Part shown: piece after piece, positions 1-8,887 of the stretch | Layout: each line of letters starts with the position of its first letter | Position numbering within the stretch: position 1 is the first letter of the stretch | Source: Clostridia bacterium | GTDB taxonomy: Bacteria > Bacillota > Clostridia > Oscillospirales > Acutalibacteraceae | Assembly: GCA_030532035.1 (NCBI GenBank) | Contig: JAUNLX010000006.1 | Location: forward strand, 6,191-70,190 | Length of the DNA stretch: 64,000 nucleotides | Direction of reading: 5' to 3' | Position numbers and translations under genes: made by a program | The notes under the pieces: model-generated | Database searches by the model: none | Seen by the model: only the letters and a program-made list of their open reading frames with translations | Told to the model about the DNA's origin: nothing

Positions 1-1516
1 CCTCACGAAGCAAGTTAATTCCAACTAAAATATCAACTTCTCCAAGTCTAAGCTGTCGAATGATTTTCATTCTCTCAATAGTGTCAATGTCGTGGTGCAT
101 ATATGTTACTTTAAGATTTTTTTCAAGCAGATATTCTGTTAAATTTTCCGCCATTTTTTTAGTTAAAGTTGTTATCAACACTCTTTCATTATTTTCAATT
201 CTAAGCTTAATCTCCGACAATAAGTCTTCAATTTGATTGTCTGTTGGTCTAACAGAAATATTGGGATCTAATAGTCCTGTCGGTCTTATAAGTTGTTGTG
301 AAATTCTTAAGCTGTGTTCTTTTTCAAATTCTCCCGGAGTGGCGCTTACATATATTACTTGATTTATATGATCGTAAAATTCATCGAAAGTCAATGGTCT
401 ATTGTCAATTGCTGACGGCAATCTGAACCCATATTTTATAAGACTTTCCTTTCTTGCACGATCTCCCGCCGACATTCCCCTTACCTGTGGCAAAGTAACA
501 TGAGATTCATCTACAAACATCAAAAAATCATCTGGAAAATAATCCAGCAAAGTAAAGGGAGAAGAACCAGGTTTTCTACCAGAAAAAATCCTTGAATAAT
601 TTTCAATTCCAGAACAAAAACCAGTTTCTCTTAGCATTTCTACATCATATTGGGTTCTTTCTCTGATTCTCTGTGCCTCAATCAAAGCGCCCTTTGATTT
701 GAAATATTCAACTCGGTTTTCCATTTCCTCTAAAATTTCAGATATGGATTTTTCAAGTCTTTCGTTTGATATAACATAGTGAGACGCAGGATAAATACCA
801 GCATGAGCCAAAACTCCAGTTGTTTTTCCTGTGAGTGGCGCAAATTCAGAAATTCTGTCTATTTCATCGCCAAAAAATTCAACTCGTATTGCTTTATCAT
901 TTGAAGCAGCGGGAAATATTTCCACAGTATCTCCCCTGACTCTAAATTTATTTCTTATAAAATTTACATCATTTCTTTCATATTGTATATCTACAAGTTT
1001 TGCAAGCAATTCATCTCTGCTTTTTTTCATACCCGGTCGCAGAGATATAACCATATTGTGATAGTCAATTGGGTCGCCAAGAGAGTAAATGCAAGAAACA
1101 GAGGCAACTATTATTACATCTCTGCGTTCAGATAAGGCAAGAGTTGCAGAGTGCCTCAGTTTATCTATTTCATCATTTATTGAAGAATCTTTTTCAAGGT
1201 AGGTATCAGTAGAAGCAACATAGGCTTCGGGTTGATAGTAGTCATAGTATGATACAAAATATTCAACTGAATTTTCTGGAAAAAATTCCTTGAATTCAGA
1301 GCAAAGCTGTGCCGCCAAAGTTTTATTATGCGCTAAAACTAAGGTTGGCCGATTTACTTTTTCGATTATATTTGCCATTGTAAAAGTCTTACCCGAGCCA
1401 GTTACGCCGAGCAAGGTTTGTTCTCTTAAATTTTCATTTATGCCATCGGACAATTCCTTTATGGCACGAGGCTGATCTCCCATAGGAGAAAATTTAGAAT
1501 GCAATTTAAAATCCAT
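1..1516 (-). CDS. uvrB: excinuclease ABC subunit B (UvrB), C-terminus cut by window edge
   Basis: Edge-truncated ORF absent from the track. My translation from ATG (complement of 1514-1516) reads [22 protein letters not shown]...[16 protein letters not shown] (Walker A)...[10 protein letters not shown]. At the window edge it reads ...[14 protein letters not shown]. All are classic UvrB motifs. Confidence 0.95.
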   Translation of the reverse strand, partial: MDFKLHSKFSPMGDQPRAIKELSDGINENLREQTLLGVTGSGKTFTMANIIEKVNRPTLVLAHNKTLAAQLCSEFKEFFPENSVEYFVSYYDYYQPEAYVASTDTYLEKDSSINDEIDKLRHSATLALSERRDVIIVASVSCIYSLGDPIDYHNMVISLRPGMKKSRDELLAKLVDIQYERNDVNFIRNKFRVRGDTVEIFPAASNDKAIRVEFFGDEIDRISEFAPLTGKTTGVLAHAGIYPASHYVISNERLEKSISEILEEMENRVEYFKSKGALIEAQRIRERTQYDVEMLRETGFCSGIENYSRIFSGRKPGSSPFTLLDYFPDDFLMFVDESHVTLPQVRGMSAGDRARKESLIKYGFRLPSAIDNRPLTFDEFYDHINQVIYVSATPGEFEKEHSLRISQQLIRPTGLLDPNISVRPTDNQIEDLLSEIKLRIENNERVLITTLTKKMAENLTEYLLEKNLKVTYMHHDIDTIERMKIIRQLRLGEVDILVGINLLRE

Positions 1517-1684
1517 AAATATATTGTATCAAAACCTGCAAATTTAGCAACAAAACGACAATAGATAGTGTTTTTACATAGATTTATCAAGGCTTTTAAT
1601 AAGTACAAATCCTCCACATAGATTGCGTTAAAATTTTATATGTCATATAATTATTAGTAGAAATTTATTGAAAAGAGGGGTTAT

Positions 1685-2416
1685 ATGAACATTCCTACTC
1701 CGCATATAAATGCTAATAAAAATGATTTTGCTAAAACTGTTTTAATGCCTGGGGATCCTCTGCGTTCAAAATTTATTGCTGAAAATTTTCTTTCAGATGT
1801 AAAACTTGTAAATGAAGTCAGATGCGCTTACGGATATACAGGCAAATATAAAGGTCAGAGCGTCTCAGTTATGACAAGTGGAATGGGTATGCCCTCAATG
1901 GCAATTTATTCACATGAGCTCTTCAATTTTTACGATGTTGAAAATATTATACGAGTGGGTTCTGCTGGCGCCATTTCCGAAAATCTCAAAATTTTTGATA
2001 TAATTGCCGCAAGTTCAGCATGTACAAACTCAAATTTTGCCAATAATTTTCAAATAAATGGAAGTTTTTCTCCTCAAGCAAATTTTGATTTGCTAAAAAT
2101 TTGCGACTGCATCGCCAACGAAAAAAATATAAACTTAAATATAGGTCCAGTTTTTACAAGCGACCATTTTTATGATTTTGGAAATGATGCACAGAGCTTC
2201 AAAAAGTTTGGTGTTTTGGGTGTAGAAATGGAAACTGCTGCACTTTATATCAATGCCGCCCTGTCTGGTAAAAAAGCTCTTTCACTTTTAACAGTTTCAG
2301 ACATTCCTGGAAAAAATGTAGAAATTTCTTCTAAAGAGCGTGAAAAGGGATTTGAAGAAATGATAAGTCTTGCTCTCGAAACGGCAATTTTAATAGGAGA
2401 AAAAAATGATAAATAA
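1685..2416 (+). CDS. deoD: purine nucleoside phosphorylase, DeoD type
   Basis: 243 aa with MPGDPLR, GMGMPS, RVGSAG and GVEMETAALY motifs typical of hexameric PNP. GGGG RBS upstream. Confidence 0.9.
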   Translation: MNIPTPHINANKNDFAKTVLMPGDPLRSKFIAENFLSDVKLVNEVRCAYGYTGKYKGQSVSVMTSGMGMPSMAIYSHELFNFYDVENIIRVGSAGAISENLKIFDIIAASSACTNSNFANNFQINGSFSPQANFDLLKICDCIANEKNINLNIGPVFTSDHFYDFGNDAQSFKKFGVLGVEMETAALYINAALSGKKALSLLTVSDIPGKNVEISSKEREKGFEEMISLALETAILIGEKNDK

Positions 2417-2786
2417 AGACAATTTGATTTTTATGGCTGAAAATGCCGCTGAAAACGCCTATGCTCCATATTCAAATTTTAATGTAGGCGCTTGTATTCT
2501 ATGTGAAGACGGAGAAATTTTTACGGGATTCAATATTGAAAATTCTTCTTATGGTGCCACAGTTTGTGCTGAGAGAGTTGCTCTTTTTAACGCTGTTTCA
2601 CAGGGAAATACAAATTTTACAGCAATGGCAGTAACTTCAATGCCCTGTGGCATTTGTCTACAAACTTTGAGTGAATTTTGCAAACCCGATTTTAAGATAA
2701 TTGTAAAATCAGATTTTGGAGAATATGAAGAATTTTCTATGTCAGAGCTCTTGCCCTACCCTTTTGATAAAGGAGATAATTTTTGA
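2406..2786 (+). CDS. cdd: cytidine deaminase
   Basis: 126 aa with zinc-ligand motifs CAERVA and PCGICLQ. Overlaps the deoD stop, consistent with operon coupling. Confidence 0.9.
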   Translation: MINKDNLIFMAENAAENAYAPYSNFNVGACILCEDGEIFTGFNIENSSYGATVCAERVALFNAVSQGNTNFTAMAVTSMPCGICLQTLSEFCKPDFKIIVKSDFGEYEEFSMSELLPYPFDKGDNF

Positions 2787-4081
2787 ATTTCAATGAAATT
2801 ATAAGAAAAAAGAGATTTTCAGAAAAATTAAATAAAGATGAAATTGATTTTTTCGTGAAACATTTTACAGATGGTACAATTCCGGATTATCAAGCTTCTG
2901 CTCTGCTCATGGCTATTTGTATAAATGGTATGGATGAAGAAGAAACTTATAATCTAACCTTTGCCATGCTTAAAAGCGGCGAGATTTTGAATTTCAACAC
3001 TGAAAAACTTATTGCCGACAAACATTCTACAGGTGGTGTTGGAGATAAAACAACTTTTATTGTAACTCCTCTTTTTGCTGCCATGGGTGGAAAAAGTGTA
3101 AAAATGTCAGGTCGTGGACTGGGGCATACTGGCGGAACAGCTGATAAAATCGAAAGTATTCCAAACATTAAAATTAATTTAACTAAATCAGAAATTCTTA
3201 ATCAAATCAACAAAGTAGGCGCCTGTATGATTACACAAAGTGAAAATATCGCCGTTGCAGATAAAAAAATTTACGCTTTACGAAATGCGACAGAAACAGT
3301 TGAAAGCAACGCTCTTATTGCCTCTTCTATTATGAGTAAAAAATTGGGTTGTGGTGCCGATGTCATTGTTTTAGATGTGAAATTTGGCAGTGGCGCTTTT
3401 ATGAAAACAAAAGAGCAAGCAGAAAAGTTGGCTAAAATTATGATAAATATAGGCAAAGAAGCTGACAAAAAAGTCTCTGTTATTTTGAGTGATATGAATA
3501 TTCCTCTCGGTTACAACATTGGCAATTCACTTGAAATTATCGAAGCAATAGAAGTTTTAAAAAATAACGGAGACAAAAGACTTAGAGAACTGTCTATCAA
3601 TCTTGCTGCAAAAATGTATTCTCTTGCCTTTTCTGAAAAATTTGAAACTTCTTTGGAACTTGCAAATTCTAAATTATCTGATTTATCTGCTTTTAATAAA
3701 TTTTCTGAAATTATAAAAGCTCAAGGCGGAGATATAACTTATATAGAAGACACAAATAAATTTAAAAAAGCAAAACACAAAAAGGAAATTTTTGCCTTAT
3801 CATCTGGATATATTTCTAAAATAGACACTCAAAATATCGGGAAAGTTTCCTTGATTTTGGGTGCAGGCCGTCTACAGAAAACTGATGTTTTAGATTTATC
3901 TGCAGGAATAATCTTGAATAAAACTCTGGGAGATAAAATTCAAAAAGGAGAATTATTGGCAACTTTACATACGGACAACAGCGAAAAAATAGAAAAAGCC
4001 AAAAATGAATTTCTCAAAAGTATTCACATATCTAAAAACAAGCCCCATATTGAGCCTGTAATTTATAAGATTTTAGATTAA
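2783..4081 (+). CDS. pdp: pyrimidine-nucleoside phosphorylase
   Basis: 432 aa with HSTGGVGDK and SGRGLGHTGGTADK motifs. TTG start overlaps the cdd stop (TTGA). Confidence 0.9.
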   Translation: MNFNEIIRKKRFSEKLNKDEIDFFVKHFTDGTIPDYQASALLMAICINGMDEEETYNLTFAMLKSGEILNFNTEKLIADKHSTGGVGDKTTFIVTPLFAAMGGKSVKMSGRGLGHTGGTADKIESIPNIKINLTKSEILNQINKVGACMITQSENIAVADKKIYALRNATETVESNALIASSIMSKKLGCGADVIVLDVKFGSGAFMKTKEQAEKLAKIMINIGKEADKKVSVILSDMNIPLGYNIGNSLEIIEAIEVLKNNGDKRLRELSINLAAKMYSLAFSEKFETSLELANSKLSDLSAFNKFSEIIKAQGGDITYIEDTNKFKKAKHKKEIFALSSGYISKIDTQNIGKVSLILGAGRLQKTDVLDLSAGIILNKTLGDKIQKGELLATLHTDNSEKIEKAKNEFLKSIHISKNKPHIEPVIYKILD

Positions 4082-4097
4082 AGAGTTCGTGATAAAG

Positions 4098-4126
4098 ACC
4101 ACCCTCTGACGAGGGTGGTTTATTTT
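4098..4126 (+). terminator. rho-independent terminator after pdp
   Basis: Hairpin ACCACCCTC-TGAC-GAGGGTGGT followed by TTTATTTT, 17 nt after the pdp stop. Confidence 0.65.
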
Positions 4127-4250
4127 AGTTATTAGTATATATCAGCCTCTGACGAGGGTGGTTTATTTTAGTTATTAGTATATATCGGCCTCTGACGAGG
4201 GTGGTTTGTTTTAGTTATTATCATATATCAGCCTTTGACGAGGTCAATAT
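4103..4250 (+). repeat. tandem repeat, 43-bp period, about 3.4 copies, containing the right half of the terminator hairpin
   Basis: Units start at 4103, 4146, 4189 and 4232 (last degenerate). Consensus CCTCTGACGAGGGTGGTTTATTTTAGTTATTAGTATATATCAG. Counted directly in the sequence. Confidence 0.9.
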
Positions 4251-4280
4251 TTTAATAAGCATATTTATCTGAAAAAATCT

Positions 4281-5687
4281 TCAAATTTTCAAAACATTCA
4301 AAAGCAATATCCATGCCAATCCATAATATGAAACAACAGCAATCATATCATTTATTGTCGTTATAAGTGGACCGGAAGCAACAGCTGGATCTATTCCAAT
4401 TTTTTTGAAAATCATCGGAATTGTAGTACCACTAAGACTCGATAGCAACATAGCTATTATCAAAGCAATTCCGATACAAAGTGAAATTGTAAAAGCTATA
4501 TGTACCGGTGTTTTCTTTATTAAAAATAAATATAAACCAACAAAAATAAAGGATAAAATTCCCAAAATAATTCCGTTGCCTAAACCAACTCTCGTTTCTT
4601 TAAAGATCAAGGCTAATTTTTGTTTAAAATCGAGTTTTTCATCCATTAAAACTCTTATCGTAACAGCCAGAGATTGTGTTCCCACATTTCCCGCCATATC
4701 TAAAACTAAAGATTGAAAAGAAACAATGAGTGTAAGACTTGCAACAACTTTTTCAAATAATCCGACAACACTTGAAACAAGTAAACCCAAAACAAGCAAA
4801 ACTAAGAGCCAAGGTAAACGCTTTTTAATGCTTTCAAAAAAAGGCTCTTTTATATCTTCTTCAGATGAAAGACCTGCCAATTTAGCGTAGTCTTCTCCAA
4901 ATTCTTCATCGATAATTTCTGCTAAATCTTCTGCTATCAAAACACCACTGATTTTATTCTCTGCATTTAAAACTGGGAAAGAGTCCTCTGAATATTGCAT
5001 AATTCGAGGTATACAATCGTCAATCAATTCATATGAATAAACATAAGGATATGAGAGCATTATTAAGTTTTCAAGTTTTTCATCTTTTCTTGCAATTATT
5101 AAATCTGTTAAGTCGATTGCTCCATAATATTTTTCATTTTCATCGACTACATAAATAGTTTGAATATTATCATTATCAGCAGCTTGTCTGACAAGCTCGC
5201 TCATAGCTTCTTTGATAGTACAAGTGTTTGAAATACAGATAAAATTTGTAGACATCTTGCTTCCGATTGTCTCTTCATCAAAGGAAGCAGATAAAATGAT
5301 ATCTTCTCTAACCTCTGGGGCAATTTTATCTATAATTTCATATCGTTCTTTTTTTTCTAAAGTTTTTAAGTATTCTACTGCATCTGGAACTTCGATATAA
5401 GTCAGAACTTGAATTTTCTTTTCTGTCGAAAGTTCATCTATAAACTTTATGTAATCTTCGTCTTGCGTATATTCTAAAATAGAAGCTAAAATCTTTGCAT
5501 CGAGGATGGAATATAATTTTGCACGCTCGTTTTTCTTTAATAATTCTAGAGTATCCGCAATATCACTTTCGTGGAAATCAAGAATTTTGTCAGCAATAAC
5601 CTTAGCTGGCAAATTACTCTTGATTATGGAAATGATTTGTAACTTGTGATCACGATTTTTAACTTCGTTTTTATTAAATTTCACCAT
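4281..5687 (-). CDS. mgtE: magnesium transporter MgtE
   Basis: 468 aa with acidic N-domain, tandem CBS region and C-terminal multi-TM domain with PLITTINDM-like end. AGGAGGG RBS upstream. Confidence 0.9.
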   Translation of the reverse strand: MVKFNKNEVKNRDHKLQIISIIKSNLPAKVIADKILDFHESDIADTLELLKKNERAKLYSILDAKILASILEYTQDEDYIKFIDELSTEKKIQVLTYIEVPDAVEYLKTLEKKERYEIIDKIAPEVREDIILSASFDEETIGSKMSTNFICISNTCTIKEAMSELVRQAADNDNIQTIYVVDENEKYYGAIDLTDLIIARKDEKLENLIMLSYPYVYSYELIDDCIPRIMQYSEDSFPVLNAENKISGVLIAEDLAEIIDEEFGEDYAKLAGLSSEEDIKEPFFESIKKRLPWLLVLLVLGLLVSSVVGLFEKVVASLTLIVSFQSLVLDMAGNVGTQSLAVTIRVLMDEKLDFKQKLALIFKETRVGLGNGIILGILSFIFVGLYLFLIKKTPVHIAFTISLCIGIALIIAMLLSSLSGTTIPMIFKKIGIDPAVASGPLITTINDMIAVVSYYGLAWILLLNVLKI

Positions 5688-5759
5688 TACCCTCCTATTT
5701 CAATAGTTTAAGATTAACCATATAAAATTATAGTCAATCATCTTTTTAAACAGTTAAAC

Positions 5760-5890
5760 AATGGCTTTCAATCGAGATTAAAAAATCGTCAACATACGGA
5801 CGACTTTTAATTTTAAAATCTCGGTGAAAGTCTTATTAATACTTCGCCCATTATCGCCGTCCATATACTCACCTACTTTTCAAAAGATAA
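5760..5890 (-). promoter_or_regulatory. probable M-box (ykoK-type) Mg2+ riboswitch in the mgtE leader
   Basis: The minus-strand leader contains GUAGGUGAG, GACGGCGAUAAUGGGCGAA, CACCGAGAUUUUAAAAU and CUCGAUUGAAAGCC. From memory these parallel UUAGGUGAGGC, GACGCUAAUGGGUC, GGUGAUUUUUAAUG and CUACGAUUGAAGCC of the B. subtilis mgtE M-box. It looks shorter than the canonical aptamer. No covariance model was run. Confidence 0.5.
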
Positions 5891-5941
5891 TTAAAAAGAA
5901 ACACATATAATATACTAAACAATTATTATACAAATTGCAAA

Positions 5942-5972
5942 GAAAAAATGCTCTGAGCAAACTCAAAGCATT
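5942..5972 (-). terminator. terminator after the tRNA cluster
   Basis: Minus strand reads AATGCTTTGAG-TTTG-CTCAGAGCATT (11-bp stem, one G-U) followed by TTTTTT. Confidence 0.55.
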
Positions 5973-5998
5973 AAGACGGCATCAGCCGTTGCTCTTTT

Positions 5999-6074
5999 TG
6001 GAGCTGATGGCGGGAATTGAACCCGCGACCTCATCCTTACCAAGGATGTGCGCTACCGACTGTGCCACATCAGC
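5999..6074 (-). tRNA. tRNA-Thr (anticodon GGU)
   Basis: Manual cloverleaf fold: acceptor GCTGATG/CATCAGC, anticodon arm CATCC-TTGGTAA-GGATG, T-loop GGTTCAATTCC, encoded CCA. One mismatch in the D-stem. Confidence 0.9.
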
Positions 6075-6079
6075 AAAAA

Positions 6080-6156
6080 TGGCGACCCGGAACGGGATCG
6101 AACCGTCGACCTCTAGCGTGACAGGCTAGCGTTCTAACCAGCTGAACTACCGGGCC
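6080..6156 (-). tRNA. tRNA-Asp (anticodon GUC)
   Basis: Acceptor GGCCCGG/CCGGGTC, anticodon arm CTAGC-CTGTCAC-GCTAG, T-loop GGTTCGATCC, encoded CCA. Confidence 0.92.
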
Positions 6157-6159
6157 ATT

Positions 6160-6235
6160 TGGCAGGGGCAGAAGGATTCGAACCCTCGACACGCGGTTTT
6201 GGAGACCGCTGCTCTGCCAACTGAGCTATGCCCCT
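6160..6235 (-). tRNA. tRNA-Trp (anticodon CCA)
   Basis: Acceptor AGGGGCA/TGCCCCT, anticodon arm GCGGT-CTCCAAA-ACCGC, T-loop GGTTCGAATCC, encoded CCA. Confidence 0.92.
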
Positions 6236-6284
6236 ATACTATTAAATACTTAACACTGAAATTTTCTAATTTAAGCACTTGTGA

Positions 6285-6313
6285 ATAATATCATAAAAGA
6301 CAGATATAGTCAA
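6285..6313 (-). promoter_or_regulatory. candidate sigma-A promoter for the tRNA cluster
   Basis: Minus strand reads TTGACT, 17 nt, TATTAT, about 50 nt upstream of tRNA-Trp. Confidence 0.4.
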
Positions 6314-6491
6314 TATGTTCAACATATTCAAAAGTCCATATAGATTAACATTTTTCTTTTATAAATATTAATAATAAAATTATTTTTTTGTTTTACTTGT
6401 TTTCTAAAATTATTTTCATCATTGAATACAAAATAAAGTTGTATTACAATACTTGACATTACAAACAAAAATATTTTCATACGAGGTTTTA

Positions 6492-7277
6492 ATGGATATA
6501 CTAAAAATTATATTAGTTTGCTTTTTAGCTGGGGCTGGCGCTGGAATCGGCACAGGTTTTGCTGGAATGAGTGCCGCAGCAGTTATAGGTCCTATCTTAG
6601 TTACTTTTTTAGGTGTTGCACCTTATGAAGCAGTTGGCATAGGACTTATAAGCGATGTTTTAGCAAGTGCTGTCAGTGCATACACTTATAAAAAGAACGG
6701 AAATTTAGATATAAAAAACAGTCTTCCTCTTATGATTAGCGTTCTTATTTTTACCGTTATAGGCAGTTTTGTCGCTAAATTTATGCCCGCACATACAATG
6801 AGTGGGCTTATGCAAGTTTCTATGATATTCATAGGAATAAGATTTTTTATAAAGTCCTTAAAAGAAAATAAGGAAAAGAATACAGAAATAAATCAAAAAA
6901 ATAAATTGATAAAATCTATTATCGGCGGGATTATCATAGGCTTTATTTGTGGATTTGTCGGCGCCGGTGGTGGTATGATGATGCTCTTTGTTTTAACTAC
7001 ATTTTTAGGATACCAAACACATAATGCAGTAGGCACAAGTGTTTTTATAATGACATTTACAGCACTTACTGGTGGTATCAGCCATTTTGCTATTGCTGGT
7101 ACTTCTAATATACTCAGCCTCGTACTTTGCGTAATATTCACACTTTTATGGGCAAAAATTGCTTCTGTTATTGCAAATAAATCAAACCTTAAAATCTTAA
7201 ATCGAGTTGTCGGTGCAGTAATGGTTACAACGGGGATTGCAATATTAATATTTGATTATGTGATTAAAGCGAAGTAG
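6492..7277 (+). CDS. TSUP family (TauE/SafE-like) membrane transporter
   Basis: Polytopic membrane protein with internally duplicated Gly-rich TM halves (GAGAGIGTGFAG and GFVGAGGGMMM). I prefer the ATG at 6492 (MDILKII, GAGG RBS) over the track start at 6453. Confidence 0.8.
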   Translation: MDILKIILVCFLAGAGAGIGTGFAGMSAAAVIGPILVTFLGVAPYEAVGIGLISDVLASAVSAYTYKKNGNLDIKNSLPLMISVLIFTVIGSFVAKFMPAHTMSGLMQVSMIFIGIRFFIKSLKENKEKNTEINQKNKLIKSIIGGIIIGFICGFVGAGGGMMMLFVLTTFLGYQTHNAVGTSVFIMTFTALTGGISHFAIAGTSNILSLVLCVIFTLLWAKIASVIANKSNLKILNRVVGAVMVTTGIAILIFDYVIKAK

Positions 7278-7278
7278 G

Positions 7279-7510
7279 AGTTCTTTCCCCACCCTCTGAC
7301 GAGGGTGGGTTTTTATAATATTAATTTTTGATTAAAGTTGGTTCTTTTTCCCCACCCTCTGACGAGGGTGGGTTTTTATAATATTAATTTTTGATTAAAG
7401 TTGGTTCTTTTTCCCCACCCTCTGACGAGGGTGGGTTTTGTATATTAATTTTTGATTAGAGTTGGTTTTTTTCCCCATACTCTGATGAGGGTGAGTTTTT
7501 ATAATATTGG
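7279..7510 (+). repeat. tandem repeat, 63-bp period, about 3.6 copies, each copy a hairpin plus T-run (terminator-like)
   Basis: Units start at 7288, 7351, 7414 and 7474. Consensus CCCCACCCTCTGACGAGGGTGGGTTTTTATAATATTAATTTTTGATTAAAGTTGGTTCTTTTT. Copies 1-2 are identical, copy 3 has a 3-nt loss, and copy 4 is diverged (CCCCATACTCTGATGAGGGTGAG). Confidence 0.92.
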
Positions 7511-7572
7511 AACATATTATTTTTAATTCTATGACAATGTGGAGAATGTTTTTATCCTTATGACTAAAGTTT

Positions 7573-7611
7573 ATATAAAATAATTCTGCACTCCCTGTTG
7601 GGAGTGCAGAA
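7573..7611 (-). terminator. terminator after the DUF285/BspA-like gene
   Basis: Hairpin TTCTGCACTCCC-(4 nt)-GGGAGTGCAGAA followed on the minus strand by TTATTTTATATA. Confidence 0.7.
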
Positions 7612-7625
7612 TAAAAATATAATAA

Positions 7626-8585
7626 TTATATACCAGTTGTGGGATTTTTCTTATTTTCTTTCTTTTCTTCTTTAATTTCTTCTTTGGGTTTTTCTTCTTT
7701 TGGCTTTCTGGAAAAATATCCAGGTTTTTCTTTGCCGCCGTCAAGTCTTGCATATTCACTATTTATAAAGTTTGAATCATAGGTTGTGCCTTTGTCTCCC
7801 TTTAATTGCTCACAAAACGCAAACATACGAAGACCACCATCAAAATTTCCACCTGGATCATCTGTTTTTATAATTGCTGTTGTCACAAATTTTTCTGAAA
7901 CATATATAGTTTTTAGTTTGCCAGACAATGAAAACATTGAAGCCATCTTTTCAACTTTACTTGTATCAAAACTACTTAAATCTAAAATTTCTAAATTTGA
8001 ACAATCACGAAACATAGCGGTCATATTTTTAACATTAGCAGTATTAAAAGAGGATAAATTTATTGATTTTATCTTGCTTTCGTAGAACATTCCCTCCATT
8101 GTCGTAACCTTACTTGTATCAAAAGAGGAAAGATCTAAAGTCAAATTTTCAGAACTTGCACCAAAAGAAGCAAACATATCACCCATATGAGTAACATAAC
8201 TTGTGTCGAAGATATTGCTTCCGAAATCAAGTTTTTCAATCTGTGAATGATTTGAAAACATACCAAAGCTATCAACTGGAGCATATATTTTATTGCCAGC
8301 AGTATTATAAATATAATAATCTTCTGAATCATTTAACTTATACAAGGCAATATTTCCAGCACTGTCTTCACTAATATCATCTTTTACTTTTGAAACACCC
8401 TCAGGTAAGGTTTTAACAAAAGTTATTGACTTAGCTTTAATACTCAGATCAGTATAACTATATTTTTTTAAGGATATGGTATCTTTAGCAGGTGGTGTAC
8501 TTTCAGCAAAAACATTCATAGGAAATAATGCAATTAACATTATTAAGCCTATGATAATACTTATAATTTTCTTCGTATTTTTCAT
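7626..8585 (-). CDS. secreted BspA-type leucine-rich repeat protein (DUF285-like 26-residue repeats)
   Basis: Signal peptide MKNTKKIISIIIGLIMLIALFPMNVFA. Repeated units of the form LDLSSFDTSKVTTMEGMF, INLSSFNTANVKNMTAMF and LDLSSFDTSKVEKMASMF. K/E-rich tail ends in NPTTGI. Confidence 0.8.
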   Translation of the reverse strand: MKNTKKIISIIIGLIMLIALFPMNVFAESTPPAKDTISLKKYSYTDLSIKAKSITFVKTLPEGVSKVKDDISEDSAGNIALYKLNDSEDYYIYNTAGNKIYAPVDSFGMFSNHSQIEKLDFGSNIFDTSYVTHMGDMFASFGASSENLTLDLSSFDTSKVTTMEGMFYESKIKSINLSSFNTANVKNMTAMFRDCSNLEILDLSSFDTSKVEKMASMFSLSGKLKTIYVSEKFVTTAIIKTDDPGGNFDGGLRMFAFCEQLKGDKGTTYDSNFINSEYARLDGGKEKPGYFSRKPKEEKPKEEIKEEKKENKKNPTTGI

Positions 8586-8842
8586 TTTTCTCTCCTTTGA
8601 CTTTTTGCAAAATTACAATCAGCTTAACCAAGTTCAAAATACCCTAATCAGAGATATGCATTATTTAAATTATTAAAGTATTTTGTTTGTTGTATAACCA
8701 TTCTACAAGCATACAAGAAAAAAAGCAACAAAATATTCAAAAAATATTATTATTTAACAAATATGGGAAATAATTTTTTCTATTTAACAAAGTTAGGAAT
8801 ATATTTTTGATCCCCCCTTTTTCTCTTTCTCACTGGGAGATT

Positions 8843-8887
8843 AAATAAAAAAGATAAGAAATTTGGCGTTGCCAAATTTCTTATCTT
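8843..8887 (-). terminator. terminator after tRNA-Leu
   Basis: 17-bp perfect stem AAGATAAGAAATTTGGC/GCCAAATTTCTTATCTT with a 3-nt loop, followed on the minus strand by TTTTTTATTT. Confidence 0.8.

Noticed and set aside
5935-6129. Track ORF (64 aa, + strand)
   Set aside because: It lies antisense across tRNA-Thr and tRNA-Asp and is an artefact of the GC-rich tRNA sequence.
7288-7510. CUGACGAG / CUGAUGAG in every repeat hairpin resembles the hammerhead ribozyme CUGANGA core
   Set aside because: The motif is simply the loop and 3' arm of a perfect hairpin (CCACCCUC-UGAC-GAGGGUGG). There is no downstream stem II closure followed by GAAA. There is also no stem III or cleavage-site UH arrangement in either orientation.
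4103-7510. The tandem repeats as a CRISPR array
   Set aside because: The units are fully repetitive (43 or 63 bp) with no unique spacers. There are no cas genes and no leader architecture.
4103-7510. The tandem repeats as a type III toxin-antitoxin (ToxI-like) RNA antitoxin array
   Set aside because: No toxN/abiE-like ORF follows either array on either strand. Both arrays lie between convergent 3' gene ends.
8750-8820. Direct repeat TATTTAACAAA x2 and a C6 run upstream of the BspA-like gene as a phase-variation or regulatory switch
   Set aside because: The repeats are short and AT-rich, so they are expected by chance in this composition. The C-run is only 6 nt and lies about 230 bp from the start codon, next to the tRNA terminator. 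That is insufficient evidence.
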